A stretch of DNA of 64,000 nucleotides. It comes from an uncultured Dehalococcoidaceae bacterium. GTDB lineage: Bacteria > Chloroflexota > Dehalococcoidia > Dehalococcoidales > RBG-16-60-22. The DNA lies in contig CAZQQL010000001.1 of NCBI GenBank assembly GCA_964595455.1, positions 15,236 through 79,235 on the forward strand, written 5' to 3'. This document shows, one piece after another, positions 27,606 to 36,709 of this stretch (positions are counted from its first letter, which is position 1; every line of letters starts with the position of its first letter). Below the pieces are notes generated by a model. The model was given only the letters and a program-made list of their open reading frames with translations, was not told where the DNA came from and ran no database searches. The translations under genes were made by a program, and so were the position numbers.

Positions 27606-27774
27606 TACCATAATCCATCAATAAAAACTGCAAAAAACGCTGACAATGCACGGCGATGATACAAGAGTCGTCTCATCTCGCCATAAGAAAGGGGGTAGAA
27701 GGTTAGCAGTCAGGAACCATAGCAGGCCAATTGATATTTTCTACTCTACGAAAATGAACCAAAAGGAGCCGTAA

Positions 27775-29427
27775 ATGAAAAACATACTGCTCATAGTGTG
27801 TACACTGATTTTGATCACCGCTGTCCTCGCCGGATGCGGTGGGTCCGGAACGACGACCACCACAACGGCGGCGACCACCAGCTCAACCGCGACCACCACA
27901 ACGACGAAAACCAGTTCGTCTCCGACTGCAACCACATCCGGTTCGCCTACCGCCACCACCAGCCCCACCGCTACCGGTCCTGCGGTTAAAATGGGCGGCA
28001 CCTTGAGAGAGATCTCAACAGCAGTGCCCGCTGAAGTCGGCTGGCCGGCTGAAATTGTCGGCGCCAATGGTGAAACGCCCCAGGTCATTTACGATCCATT
28101 CCTCCGCGGTTATTCCGATGGCAGTGTGAAGCCATGGCTGGCGACAGACTACAAATTGGCCGACGATTTTGCCTATATCGACTTCACTCTCAGAAATGAC
28201 GTCGATTTTCATGACGGCAGCCATCTGAACGCCGAAGTCGCCAAGTGGAACCTCGTCAACCAGATGGACGCCGGCCAGCAGCCCTATTGGGAATCCGTTG
28301 AAGTGACGGGCGAATATACCCTGCGCATCAATTTTAAAGAATGGCGTAATACCATGTTCTCTGCCTTCGTTGATGGCGCAACCACATGGATGGCCTCCAA
28401 AGCGGCGTTCGATGAGCATGGTAAAGACTGGATGTACGAGAACGCCGTCGGCACCGGCGCCTTCAAGTTCGTCAGTTTCGCTCGCGATGACAAGTTTGTC
28501 GCTGTCAAGAACGAAAACTGGTGGAACAAAGCCAACGGGCCTTACGTCGATAGGTACGAGGTCTTATTCGTGATGGAGCCGACCACCCAGCTCGCGGTCA
28601 TGAAGACCGGAGAAGCTGATTTCATCGGCATGGAACCCGGCAAGATGACGGCTGACCTGGCGAAAATCGGCATGAAAGTTGAAGCCGCCGTGGTCAGTAT
28701 CTTCGCCCTTGTCCCCGATACGAAGAATGCTGGTTCGATATGGGCTAATCAGAAGTTCCGTGAGGCCGTGGAATACGCCATTGACCGCGAAGCTATCGCG
28801 GAACGCATCGGGTATGGCTACCTGCTGGAACCCAACCAGTTGCCGCCCCGTGGTAATCCCCACTATGATACGAACTACGCCGGCAGGCCTTATAACCCTG
28901 AAAAAGCCAAAGAACTGTTGGCTGAAGCCGGCTATCCGAACGGAACGACCGCCAAGATCATCGTTTCCTCCTTGGCCCCCAGTAAAGACGCCGTTATGGC
29001 TATCCAGGCATACCTCAGAGCCGTAGGTATAGAAGTAGAGCTTGATTTCCCGCAATGGTCCAAGTACGTGACCTACCTGAGAGGCTCTTGGGAGAACGCG
29101 GCCCTGTTCCAGGTCTTCCCGGCCATTGGCGGCACTAACTACAATGCCACTCTCAGCTTCTATTTCGATCCCTCTTCCTCGATGCTGGGAAGCTGGGAAA
29201 GGACTGAAGCATTCATCCAGATGTTCGATGAAAGCTTGCTGGCCCCTGGAGAAGATGCCCAGTTGATACGCAATGTTCTCAACTACATCCAGGATAACGC
29301 GTTGATCATCCCCATCCATGAAGCCGGTAGAAGCTGGGCCTATTCCCCCTACATTGAAGGCGGCGAATTCCTCGACCGTTCCATGAGTTCATGGAAGAGC
29401 GTCGATACGATCTGGATAAACAAATAA
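27775..29427 (+). CDS. ABC transporter substrate-binding lipoprotein, peptide/nickel (family 5) type, with Thr/Ser-rich linker
   Basis: Lipobox LAGC, then a Thr/Ser/Pro/Ala-rich tract of roughly 45 aa, then an SBP_bac_5-like body of about 480 aa. Confidence 0.85.
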   Translation: MKNILLIVCTLILITAVLAGCGGSGTTTTTTAATTSSTATTTTTKTSSSPTATTSGSPTATTSPTATGPAVKMGGTLREISTAVPAEVGWPAEIVGANGETPQVIYDPFLRGYSDGSVKPWLATDYKLADDFAYIDFTLRNDVDFHDGSHLNAEVAKWNLVNQMDAGQQPYWESVEVTGEYTLRINFKEWRNTMFSAFVDGATTWMASKAAFDEHGKDWMYENAVGTGAFKFVSFARDDKFVAVKNENWWNKANGPYVDRYEVLFVMEPTTQLAVMKTGEADFIGMEPGKMTADLAKIGMKVEAAVVSIFALVPDTKNAGSIWANQKFREAVEYAIDREAIAERIGYGYLLEPNQLPPRGNPHYDTNYAGRPYNPEKAKELLAEAGYPNGTTAKIIVSSLAPSKDAVMAIQAYLRAVGIEVELDFPQWSKYVTYLRGSWENAALFQVFPAIGGTNYNATLSFYFDPSSSMLGSWERTEAFIQMFDESLLAPGEDAQLIRNVLNYIQDNALIIPIHEAGRSWAYSPYIEGGEFLDRSMSSWKSVDTIWINK

Positions 29428-29436
29428 CCCGGTGAA

Positions 29437-29480
29437 CACACCCCGAACTCTCGGGAGTTTTCCTGAGGGTTCGGGGTGTG
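29437..29480 (+). promoter_or_regulatory. Intercistronic stem-loop between the binding-protein and permease genes
   Basis: 12-bp stem CACACCCCGAAC / GTTCGGGGTGTG with no T-run. Likely an mRNA stabiliser or partial attenuator. Confidence 0.5.
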
Positions 29481-29581
29481 GTTCCCCCTCTCGCCGTAGA
29501 CGCTGTTTTTCCAGCGTGGCGGGAGTTAAGGCAGAAACGACTGCGATCTATCAATACTCGATTGCTGGAAAATAGCGGATA

Positions 29582-30538
29582 ATGACAACTTTTTTGATTC
29601 GTAGATTGTTACAGGCTTTGGTCGTCCTGCTTCTGGTTACGGTCGTCGTCTTCTTTACGATGCGTTTACTGCCGGGCGATCCGATTCTGATGGTACTGCT
29701 TTCAACCCAGATGGAAGAGATAACCGAGGAACAACTCGATACACTCCGGCATGAACACGGACTCGATAGACCGATGATCGTCCAGTATTTCGATTGGCTG
29801 GGAGGTGTCTGCCGTGGAGACCTCGGGGTCTCCATCCTGCAAAGAACCCCGGTAAGCGGAGAATTGATGCGGCGACTGCCGATAACCCTTCACCTGGGGA
29901 TACTGGCCTTCATTATCAGCGCATTCATCGGTATCCCGGCCGGTATTATCTGCGCCATCCGTCGCGGGACCTGGATCGATACGACGGTGACGATTTTAGC
30001 CAACCTGGGAATAACCGTGCCGACATTCTGGCTGGGCATAATTCTTATTTACTTTTTTTCACTCAACCTCGGTTGGTTGCCCGTTATGGGGTATACTTCG
30101 CCCTTTGATGACTTCTGGTTGAGTACCCGGCAGATTATCATGCCGGTCATGTGCATGGCCGTGTTCCCTATCGCATCGGAAGCGCGGCAGACCCGCTCCA
30201 GCATGCTGGAAGTCATGCACCGTGACTATATCCGCACTGCCTGGTCTAAAGGTATCAAGGAACGCATGGTCGTAATCAGGCATGCGCTGAAAAATGCCCT
30301 GATACCCGTAATAACCCTCAAAGGCATGTCGATCGGCATGATAATCGGCGGTGCGGTCCTGATCGAGACCGTATTCAATATCCCGGGCATGGGCCGGTTG
30401 GCGGTAGCTTCGGTGTTGAACCAGGACTACCAGTATGTTCAGGGTATCATTTTGATTATCGCCGTGGTCATTGTCCTGGGCAACCTGCTCACGGACATCG
30501 TCAACGGCTGGATGGATCCCCGGATACGTTACAACTAG
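29582..30538 (+). CDS. ABC transporter permease (DppB/OppB-like)
   Basis: 318 aa polytopic protein with N-terminus LLQALVVLLLVTVVVFF and a BPD_transp_1-like core. Confidence 0.85.
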   Translation: MTTFLIRRLLQALVVLLLVTVVVFFTMRLLPGDPILMVLLSTQMEEITEEQLDTLRHEHGLDRPMIVQYFDWLGGVCRGDLGVSILQRTPVSGELMRRLPITLHLGILAFIISAFIGIPAGIICAIRRGTWIDTTVTILANLGITVPTFWLGIILIYFFSLNLGWLPVMGYTSPFDDFWLSTRQIIMPVMCMAVFPIASEARQTRSSMLEVMHRDYIRTAWSKGIKERMVVIRHALKNALIPVITLKGMSIGMIIGGAVLIETVFNIPGMGRLAVASVLNQDYQYVQGIILIIAVVIVLGNLLTDIVNGWMDPRIRYN

Positions 30539-30549
30539 GACAGTACTAA

Positions 30550-31452
30550 ATGGAAGAGTTGCAGAGAGACGCTGCCATACAATCATTCCAGGAGGCTCCG
30601 CCGCGCGTCAACGAGTTCAGGCGGTTTATAAGGATTTTTTTCGCCCGCGGCGTGGTCATCTTCGGCCTGGTCATCATCCTGGCTATGATAGTAACGGCAA
30701 TATTTGCGGAAATGATCGCTCCGTACGATCCCTACGAACTCAACATGAGGGATGCCCTGGCATCGCCCAGCGCCGATCATCTCCTGGGTACGGACACAAT
30801 CGGCCGGGACACGCTCAGCCGCATTATCTACGGGACCCGGACTTCCCTGGAGATCGGTCTTATCGCCATCGCCATAGCTTCCGCAATCGGCATGACCCTG
30901 GGACTGATCGCCGGTTTTTACGGCGGTTGGTTCTACATTATTATCATGAGGTTCATCGATGCTCTCATGGCCTTCCCCATGATACTGCTCGCCCTGGTTA
31001 TAGCATCATTGCTCGGAGGAGGCATCGTTAATGTCATTATCGCCCTGGGGATCAGCCAGATGCCGGCCTACTCCCGGTTGATGTGCGCCCAGGTCGTGTC
31101 CATCAAGGAAACGGACTACGTGATGGCTGCCCGTTCCCTCGGTTCGACCGGCATCCGCACGATGCTCCGGCACATCGTTCCCAACTGCCTGCCGCCGCTC
31201 ATCGTCCTGGTCACCATGATGCTCGGCGCTGTTATCCTGGCTGAGGCCGGCCTTAGCTTCCTCGGAATCGGTATCGAAGCCCCCACGGCGGCCTGGGGCG
31301 CCATGGTCAGTGACGGGCGCGATTACCTGTTGTCCAATCCGATCCTGTCCTTTGCTCCCGGCGTGGCGATCATGCTCGTTGTGTTTGCTTTCAATATGGT
31401 GGGTGACGGGTTGAGAGATGCGCTTGACCCGAGCCTGAGAGGCATTCTGTAG
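30550..31452 (+). CDS. ABC transporter permease (DppC/OppC-like)
   Basis: 300 aa. HLLGTDTIGRDTLSRIIYG block typical of OppC N-termini. Confidence 0.85.
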   Translation: MEELQRDAAIQSFQEAPPRVNEFRRFIRIFFARGVVIFGLVIILAMIVTAIFAEMIAPYDPYELNMRDALASPSADHLLGTDTIGRDTLSRIIYGTRTSLEIGLIAIAIASAIGMTLGLIAGFYGGWFYIIIMRFIDALMAFPMILLALVIASLLGGGIVNVIIALGISQMPAYSRLMCAQVVSIKETDYVMAARSLGSTGIRTMLRHIVPNCLPPLIVLVTMMLGAVILAEAGLSFLGIGIEAPTAAWGAMVSDGRDYLLSNPILSFAPGVAIMLVVFAFNMVGDGLRDALDPSLRGIL

Positions 31453-31498
31453 GCTTGAGGGTCAGGCCAGCGCACGCAACTCTGATTGTATCCGGGAA

Positions 31499-32362
31499 AT
31501 GAATCGGGATATAATGAACCAACTAGAGGTATCCATGATTCCACGCGATATTCCAAGGGAAGAAATTTTACACATCAAGAGAAAGAGCGGCAAAGAAGCC
31601 TGCGAGGACAAGCAATCGTCCCTCAAGGCGGTGAGCCGGACTGCACAAATTCTGAAGTGCCTCCAGGATGGCATCAACACAGTAACGGAGATCGCTGCCG
31701 AACTGGGTGTTCACAAGTCCACTTCTCACCGTCTGCTCCAGGCTCTGGAGGAAGCGGACCTGGTTGTCCGGAACAAACTGAATCGCCGGTACTATATCGG
31801 CTCGCTGATCTCTGAACTGGCCTCGGACCCTGATGTCACGCATGAATATCTCGTTTCCTGTGCATTGAACCCGATGAAGCGCCTGGCCGAGATAACCGGA
31901 GAATCCGTAGGGCTCAACATGCTGATGGGTTTACATAATGTGTTACTGTACGAAATACCCAGCCGGCATGAACTCCGTCTCGTCGCCAAGAGGAAAATAT
32001 CCGGTGACCTGCATGCCGGCGCCAATGCCAGGATGCTGCTGGCACAGCTTAATGCCAGGGAATTGGGTATAACCCTGAACAACCTGGACTACCGTACGCT
32101 GACGGAGAGAACGATCACTAATAAGGAAGAGCTGCAGGCAAAGATCAACCGGATCCGGGAGCAGGGGTGGGAGATCAGTTACGGGGAGCGGATACCCGAG
32201 GCAATGGACATCGGCGTACCGATACGTAACTATTTCGTTCCCATATCGCTGGGAATACTGGGGCCTGAGAACCGTATCAAGCCGAGAACGCAGGAATTCC
32301 TGGCCGCCGCCATAGAAGCAGGGGCGCAGATCGAGGCCAATATTTCCGCTGCGCTCATGTAG
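31499..32362 (+). CDS. IclR-family transcriptional regulator
   Basis: HTH VTEIAAELGVHKSTSHRLLQAL followed by an IclR-type effector domain. Confidence 0.85.
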   Translation: MNRDIMNQLEVSMIPRDIPREEILHIKRKSGKEACEDKQSSLKAVSRTAQILKCLQDGINTVTEIAAELGVHKSTSHRLLQALEEADLVVRNKLNRRYYIGSLISELASDPDVTHEYLVSCALNPMKRLAEITGESVGLNMLMGLHNVLLYEIPSRHELRLVAKRKISGDLHAGANARMLLAQLNARELGITLNNLDYRTLTERTITNKEELQAKINRIREQGWEISYGERIPEAMDIGVPIRNYFVPISLGILGPENRIKPRTQEFLAAAIEAGAQIEANISAALM

Positions 32363-32377
32363 CCTCAGGATAGCCCG

Positions 32378-33187
32378 CTAATGCCTTGACCGGTAATGCC
32401 CTCCCACCGCTTTCTGCACGTCTTCCCGGGACCGCACCCCGGCATCGTAGAGTTCCTTTAAAAACGTTTCCCTGGCTGCTATCTCGTCGGTTAACCGTTC
32501 GTACTGTACGCCGAACTTGTTGAAAATGACCTCCCGGAGCGTGTCCTCTTCCGGGTACATGAATTCACCGTCGAACGATTCGCGGACCGCCAGCGTCTGT
32601 GCGACCAGCTTGTCTTCATCCATGCCGATGACGCTGACCGTATCGACGCGGCGGATGGGTTCATCATCATACGTGGCGCCGTTGACCGCCTGGAGCGTCA
32701 CCACCAGGCCGAGCTGGGCTACATTTGCCAGCGGTACGCTCAGATACCCATATAGAAGATAGGCCACGTCTCTGACATTACGGGCATGCATGGTGGCCCC
32801 GAGACGGTAACCCTTGCGCATCAGCTTGAACGTTTTCTGCACCTGCTGGCCCCACAGGTATTCATACTGGTGGTTGCTGATCTCTTCCGAAACGAGGTAG
32901 ACAGATTCGGGTGTGTAACGGCTGGTGAAGGCAAAGGTCTCGGCGAACCCCTGTAACGTATAAAGCGGCTGGTCTGGCGGCAGCAGGTCCAGCAGGCAAT
33001 GCAGCAGCGTTGACTTGCCGGCGTAGATTGGCGCTGAAGCCACTAGGACGGAAGCCCGTGACTCCATGACCAGCCAGAGCAGCCCGGCCAGCTTGAAATC
33101 AAGCGTGCGTGACTCGATGAGATCAAGGATGGAAAGAGTGACCGGCCGGCTGTACGCCCAATCCCCCCACCATGCGGTCCTGGCCAT
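32378..33187 (-). CDS. Degenerate VirB11/GspE (T2SS-E)-like P-loop ATPase core, stand-alone
   Basis: Walker A-like APIYAGKST, Walker B-like VYLVSEE, and the GATMHARNVRDVAYLL block (compare the secretion-ATPase His box). Real start is MARTAWW at 33187; the upstream extension of the ORF is Ser/Arg-rich junk. Confidence 0.6.
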   Translation of the reverse strand: MARTAWWGDWAYSRPVTLSILDLIESRTLDFKLAGLLWLVMESRASVLVASAPIYAGKSTLLHCLLDLLPPDQPLYTLQGFAETFAFTSRYTPESVYLVSEEISNHQYEYLWGQQVQKTFKLMRKGYRLGATMHARNVRDVAYLLYGYLSVPLANVAQLGLVVTLQAVNGATYDDEPIRRVDTVSVIGMDEDKLVAQTLAVRESFDGEFMYPEEDTLREVIFNKFGVQYERLTDEIAARETFLKELYDAGVRSREDVQKAVGGHYRSRH

Positions 33188-33230
33188 TACGTTTACTCCC
33201 TGTATCGGGGATATTCGCCTGGTATACAGG

Positions 33231-35252
33231 CTATATCCTGGATTTCTTGTTGTTGATGTAATCGATAATGATGTACTCGCCGAGTTTTCCGGGCTCCGTG
33301 ACGAAGACCCTTCCGCGATTGATGCGCGCCATTCTGTCCACGAAGAAAGTGAAATCATCGTAGCTGGGCAGCATGAACGTGTTGATGACGATGCCCGCCC
33401 GCGTGCAGTTCTGGACTTCATGCAGCGTCACGTCCACGCAGCGGCGCGTCGGCGGCAGGTGGAAAACTATCTGCCCGTTTTCAACGTGGGAAGTCGGCTG
33501 CCCGTCCGAGATCATGATGATCTGCTTGTTGGCGGCGCGTTCTTTCTCCAGTATCTTGCGCGCCATGGTGAACGCCAGGTGCATGTTGGTGTACGGCGTG
33601 AAATCGTCCCAGGTGATGTAGGTCAGTTCTTCCGTGGTCATTCGCCGGGCCACGGCGGAAAAGCCCAGGATATGCAGCCTGTCCTTGGGGAACTTGCTGG
33701 TTATCAGCGAGTTCAGCGCTATGGAGACCATCTTGGCGGACTCGAAGTTGCCGCCCATGCGCATGGAAAGGCTCATATCCAGCATGATCACAGTGGCGGA
33801 ACGGACGGCGTTCTCATGGCGGAACACCTCGAAGTCCGCCACCTTCATCTTGATCGGCACCTGCGGGTCCCGCAGCATGGCGTTTGTCAGCGTCTTCTGC
33901 AGGTGCAGTTCGAAGTCGTCCCCGAACTCGTACTGCTTGGTCTCATCGGTCCGTTCGCCTCCGGCGCCGCGTTCCCGGACGATATGGGAGCCGGTGCGGT
34001 CTTTCTTCAGGCTGGCAAAGACGGTGTTGAGGGCTTTTTCTCCTATTTTCTTCATGCCGCGCGGCGTCAGTTCGTAACGGCCTCTGTCCTTACGGATGTA
34101 GCCGGCGTCCTCCAGCATCTTGGTGATCTCACGCATCTTCTCCAGTTCCTGGCTGGCGGTATCTCCCAAAAGTTCCTTCACCAGTGAATCATCGATGTCA
34201 TCCATCGAATCCATATACCGTGAGTCCTGGAACTGGTTTTCCAGCCGGTCCATCTTCTGGAGCTGCTCCATGAGTTTCATCGCCTCGGCGTAGGAAATGG
34301 ACTCATCACCGCTGAAGGAATACCCCTGCTCGTCCAGCCAGCCGGGGAACAGGGATTCCATGTTGGCCGCCATCTTGGCCATCTCGTACTTGGTGGATTC
34401 GTCCAGCATGGAATCGATGAGGTCCTGCAGTTCCTGCTGGTCCGCCGGTGAAAGGCTTTCCATTAGCGCCTGGGCCTGGGCCATCTGCTGCTGGAGTCGC
34501 TCGATCAATTCGTCCAGGTCCTTTGGCGGGTTATCGCCGAAGAACTGCCCGAATTCCTTCATGAACCCGTCGAAGTCCGGTTCCTCCCCGCGGCGCCTCG
34601 CTTCCAGCATCTGGTTGATGGCTTCCATGAAGTGCCGCATCGCAGCCAGCGAATCGGCGTTCATGTTCTTGAGGCGTGATGCCATCTCCTTGGCGTAGGA
34701 AGACATGGTGCTCCGTTTCAGCATGTCCATGAGTTCCTGGAACTGCCGGCCTGCTTCGCCGTCCATGAAATCGTACTTGCTCAGGTCCTTGATTCGCCCG
34801 CCGACGTCCGGTGGCAGGGCTTCCAGCTTTTCCATGTTCTCGGAAGCCCGGTCTTCCAGGTTTTTCAATAGCCGTTCCCGTATCTGCGGGTCAAGGTCCT
34901 GCCCGCTTTCCGAGGCTTTCTTCCGGGCATCGTCCAGCCGCTGCTGGATGCCCTGACGTTCCTGGTCGATGATGTCGTCGAGGCGTTTGCGGATGTCCTC
35001 CATCATGGAGTTCAGCTTGTATTTTTCAAGCTGTTCCTGCCGCCGCTGCCGCAGCCGCTGGATGAATTCCTGGAGGCTGGGCAGGCGCCGGCCTTCCGGG
35101 TCGGTCATCCCCCGCCGCTGCATCATGTGCAGGGCGTTGGAGAGATCGCCGTCCCGCATCAGGTTCTTCTGAAGCTCGTCCATGAGGGCGTCGGCATCCG
35201 GATCGAAGATGTTCTGCGAGCCGTCCCACTCTGAGTACTTGTTGCTGTCCAT
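33231..35252 (-). CDS. VWA-domain protein with long acidic coiled-coil N-terminal region (BchD/CoxE-like)
   Basis: Starts MDSNKYSEWDGSQ. MIDAS motif DMSLSM in the C-terminal VWA domain. The start lies 2 nt after the AAA+ gene's stop. Confidence 0.8.
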   Translation of the reverse strand: MDSNKYSEWDGSQNIFDPDADALMDELQKNLMRDGDLSNALHMMQRRGMTDPEGRRLPSLQEFIQRLRQRRQEQLEKYKLNSMMEDIRKRLDDIIDQERQGIQQRLDDARKKASESGQDLDPQIRERLLKNLEDRASENMEKLEALPPDVGGRIKDLSKYDFMDGEAGRQFQELMDMLKRSTMSSYAKEMASRLKNMNADSLAAMRHFMEAINQMLEARRRGEEPDFDGFMKEFGQFFGDNPPKDLDELIERLQQQMAQAQALMESLSPADQQELQDLIDSMLDESTKYEMAKMAANMESLFPGWLDEQGYSFSGDESISYAEAMKLMEQLQKMDRLENQFQDSRYMDSMDDIDDSLVKELLGDTASQELEKMREITKMLEDAGYIRKDRGRYELTPRGMKKIGEKALNTVFASLKKDRTGSHIVRERGAGGERTDETKQYEFGDDFELHLQKTLTNAMLRDPQVPIKMKVADFEVFRHENAVRSATVIMLDMSLSMRMGGNFESAKMVSIALNSLITSKFPKDRLHILGFSAVARRMTTEELTYITWDDFTPYTNMHLAFTMARKILEKERAANKQIIMISDGQPTSHVENGQIVFHLPPTRRCVDVTLHEVQNCTRAGIVINTFMLPSYDDFTFFVDRMARINRGRVFVTEPGKLGEYIIIDYINNKKSRI

Positions 35253-35254
35253 TG

Positions 35255-36709
35255 TTAATGCCTGTAAATTGCCTTCCCTTTGATCCTGGTCTTGTTCAGC
35301 CGCTTGTTCAGGTGCGCGCCTTCCAGGATGAATTCCACCGCCGACGCAATATGCTCCGGCGCCTCGGCTTCGGTCAGTTTTTTCACGGCGGCGGCCATGC
35401 CCTGGATTTCCTTTTCGTACCGCAGGTAGGAAGCGGCCTTGTGCGCGTCTGAGGTCTCCACGTTGAACCCGCCGTTGAACTGCCGGACGATGGGGTCCAG
35501 TTCCTCGAAGGCGAAGCGCCGGTTGAATACAATAAGTATCGCCCGCTTGATGAGGTCGTCGATGATCTTCTCTTCGTTCTTTTCCTCGAAGCCTTCCATC
35601 TCCACCTTGCCGGTGGTGGAAGCGACGATGTAGGGGAGATCGCTGACGCGCGGCACCGCCAGTTTTTCTCCGAGGACGATGGCCCGCCGAACGGCGTTGG
35701 CCGTAACCGTCTCCATGTTGGCAATGGATACCCGTACGCTGACCCCGGAGCGCTGGCCGATATCGGGACTGCGCCGGGCCAGGTGCGTTATCTCCGCGAC
35801 GATTTCCTTGATGTAGTCTGGCACGAAAAACGAGATGTCTTTGTCTCCGAATTGCTGCCATTCCTGCTCGACGATAGTGATCTCATCCTCGATGGTGGCC
35901 GGGTAATGGGTACGTATCTGCGAGCCGAAGCGGTCCTTGAGCGGCGTGATGATCCGGCCGCGGCTGGTGTAGTCCTCCGGGTTGGCGCTGGCCAGGATCA
36001 TGACGTCCAGGGGCAGCCGTACCCGGTAACCCTTGATCTGGATGTCTGCTTCTTCCATGAGGTTGAAAAGTCCTACCTGTATCCTCTCGGACAGGTCCGG
36101 CAGCTCGTTGATGCAGAAGATGCCCCGGTTGGTGCGGGGAATGATGCCGTAATGGATCGTCAATTCGTCGGACAGGTAACGGCCTTCCGCCACCTTGATC
36201 GGGTCCACGTCCCCGATGAGGTCCGCGATGGTAGTATCCGGGGTTGCCAGTTTTTCTCCGTACCGGTCCTGCCGGGGTATCCAGGCTATCTCGGTGGCAT
36301 CCCCGTGCCGGGCGACGGTCTCACGGCACGATTTGCACAGCGGCGCGAAGGGGCTGTCATTGATCTCACAGCCCTGGATGATCGGCATCTCTTCATCCAG
36401 CAAGTCAACCAGCAGACGCATCACGCGGGATTTGGCCTGGCCGCGTTCTCCCAGCAGGATGATGTTCTGCCCGGAGAGTATGGCGTTCTCCACCTGGGGG
36501 ATGACCGTGGTGTCATACCCGATAATGCCCTGGAAGACCGGCTTCTTCTCCCTGAGCCGCGCAATAAGATTGCGCCGCAGTTCGTCCTTGATCGATTCGG
36601 GCTGGTAGCCGGAGGCCTTCAGCTCGCCGAATGTCATCGGTTTGCGAGATGGAGCCTTCTGTTTCGAGGCCGAGGTGGCATTCTGGTCTTTTTTGTTCGA
36701 TTCTTTCAT
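35255..36709 (-). CDS. AAA+ ATPase of the Mg-chelatase BchI/ChlI-like type
   Basis: Walker A GERGQAKS, Walker B FCINELPD, and ASANPEDYTSRGRIITPLKDRF (sensor/arginine-finger region). Confidence 0.8.
   Translation of the reverse strand: MKESNKKDQNATSASKQKAPSRKPMTFGELKASGYQPESIKDELRRNLIARLREKKPVFQGIIGYDTTVIPQVENAILSGQNIILLGERGQAKSRVMRLLVDLLDEEMPIIQGCEINDSPFAPLCKSCRETVARHGDATEIAWIPRQDRYGEKLATPDTTIADLIGDVDPIKVAEGRYLSDELTIHYGIIPRTNRGIFCINELPDLSERIQVGLFNLMEEADIQIKGYRVRLPLDVMILASANPEDYTSRGRIITPLKDRFGSQIRTHYPATIEDEITIVEQEWQQFGDKDISFFVPDYIKEIVAEITHLARRSPDIGQRSGVSVRVSIANMETVTANAVRRAIVLGEKLAVPRVSDLPYIVASTTGKVEMEGFEEKNEEKIIDDLIKRAILIVFNRRFAFEELDPIVRQFNGGFNVETSDAHKAASYLRYEKEIQGMAAAVKKLTEAEAPEHIASAVEFILEGAHLNKRLNKTRIKGKAIYRH

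Noticed and set aside
27841-27990. ACC/ACG-rich repetitive DNA that could be taken for a tandem repeat or CRISPR-like array.
   Set aside because: It is in frame inside the binding-protein gene and encodes a Thr/Ser-rich linker. There are no repeat-spacer units.
33188-33421. N-terminal 78-codon extension of the VirB11-like ORF (MKSRTARGRASSS...).
   Set aside because: It is Ser/Arg/Thr-rich low complexity that overlaps the 3' end of the VWA gene. The conserved-looking protein begins at MARTAWW (33187).
33066-34187. Long antisense ORFs opposite real genes. Examples: 33066-34187 (+), 21737-22825 (+), 24942-26120 (+), 19904-20824 (+), 40912-42015 (-), 42103-42993 (-), 43718-44659 (-), 46977-48164 (-), 47953-48927 (-), 55225-56319 (-), 59311-60105 (-).
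   Set aside because: Each lies antisense to a gene with strong family motifs. Their translations are Arg/Gly/Pro/His-rich with no motifs or RBS. Stop-codon depletion on the opposite strand of GC-rich coding sequence explains them.
33231-35861. The ORF track gives an 876-aa ORF that would overlap the AAA+ ATPase gene by about 600 nt.
   Set aside because: The first 203 codons are Arg/Gly/His-rich with no protein-like pattern, and they run out of frame through the well-supported AAA+ gene. MDSNKYSEWDG at 35252, 2 nt after the AAA+ stop, is the credible start.
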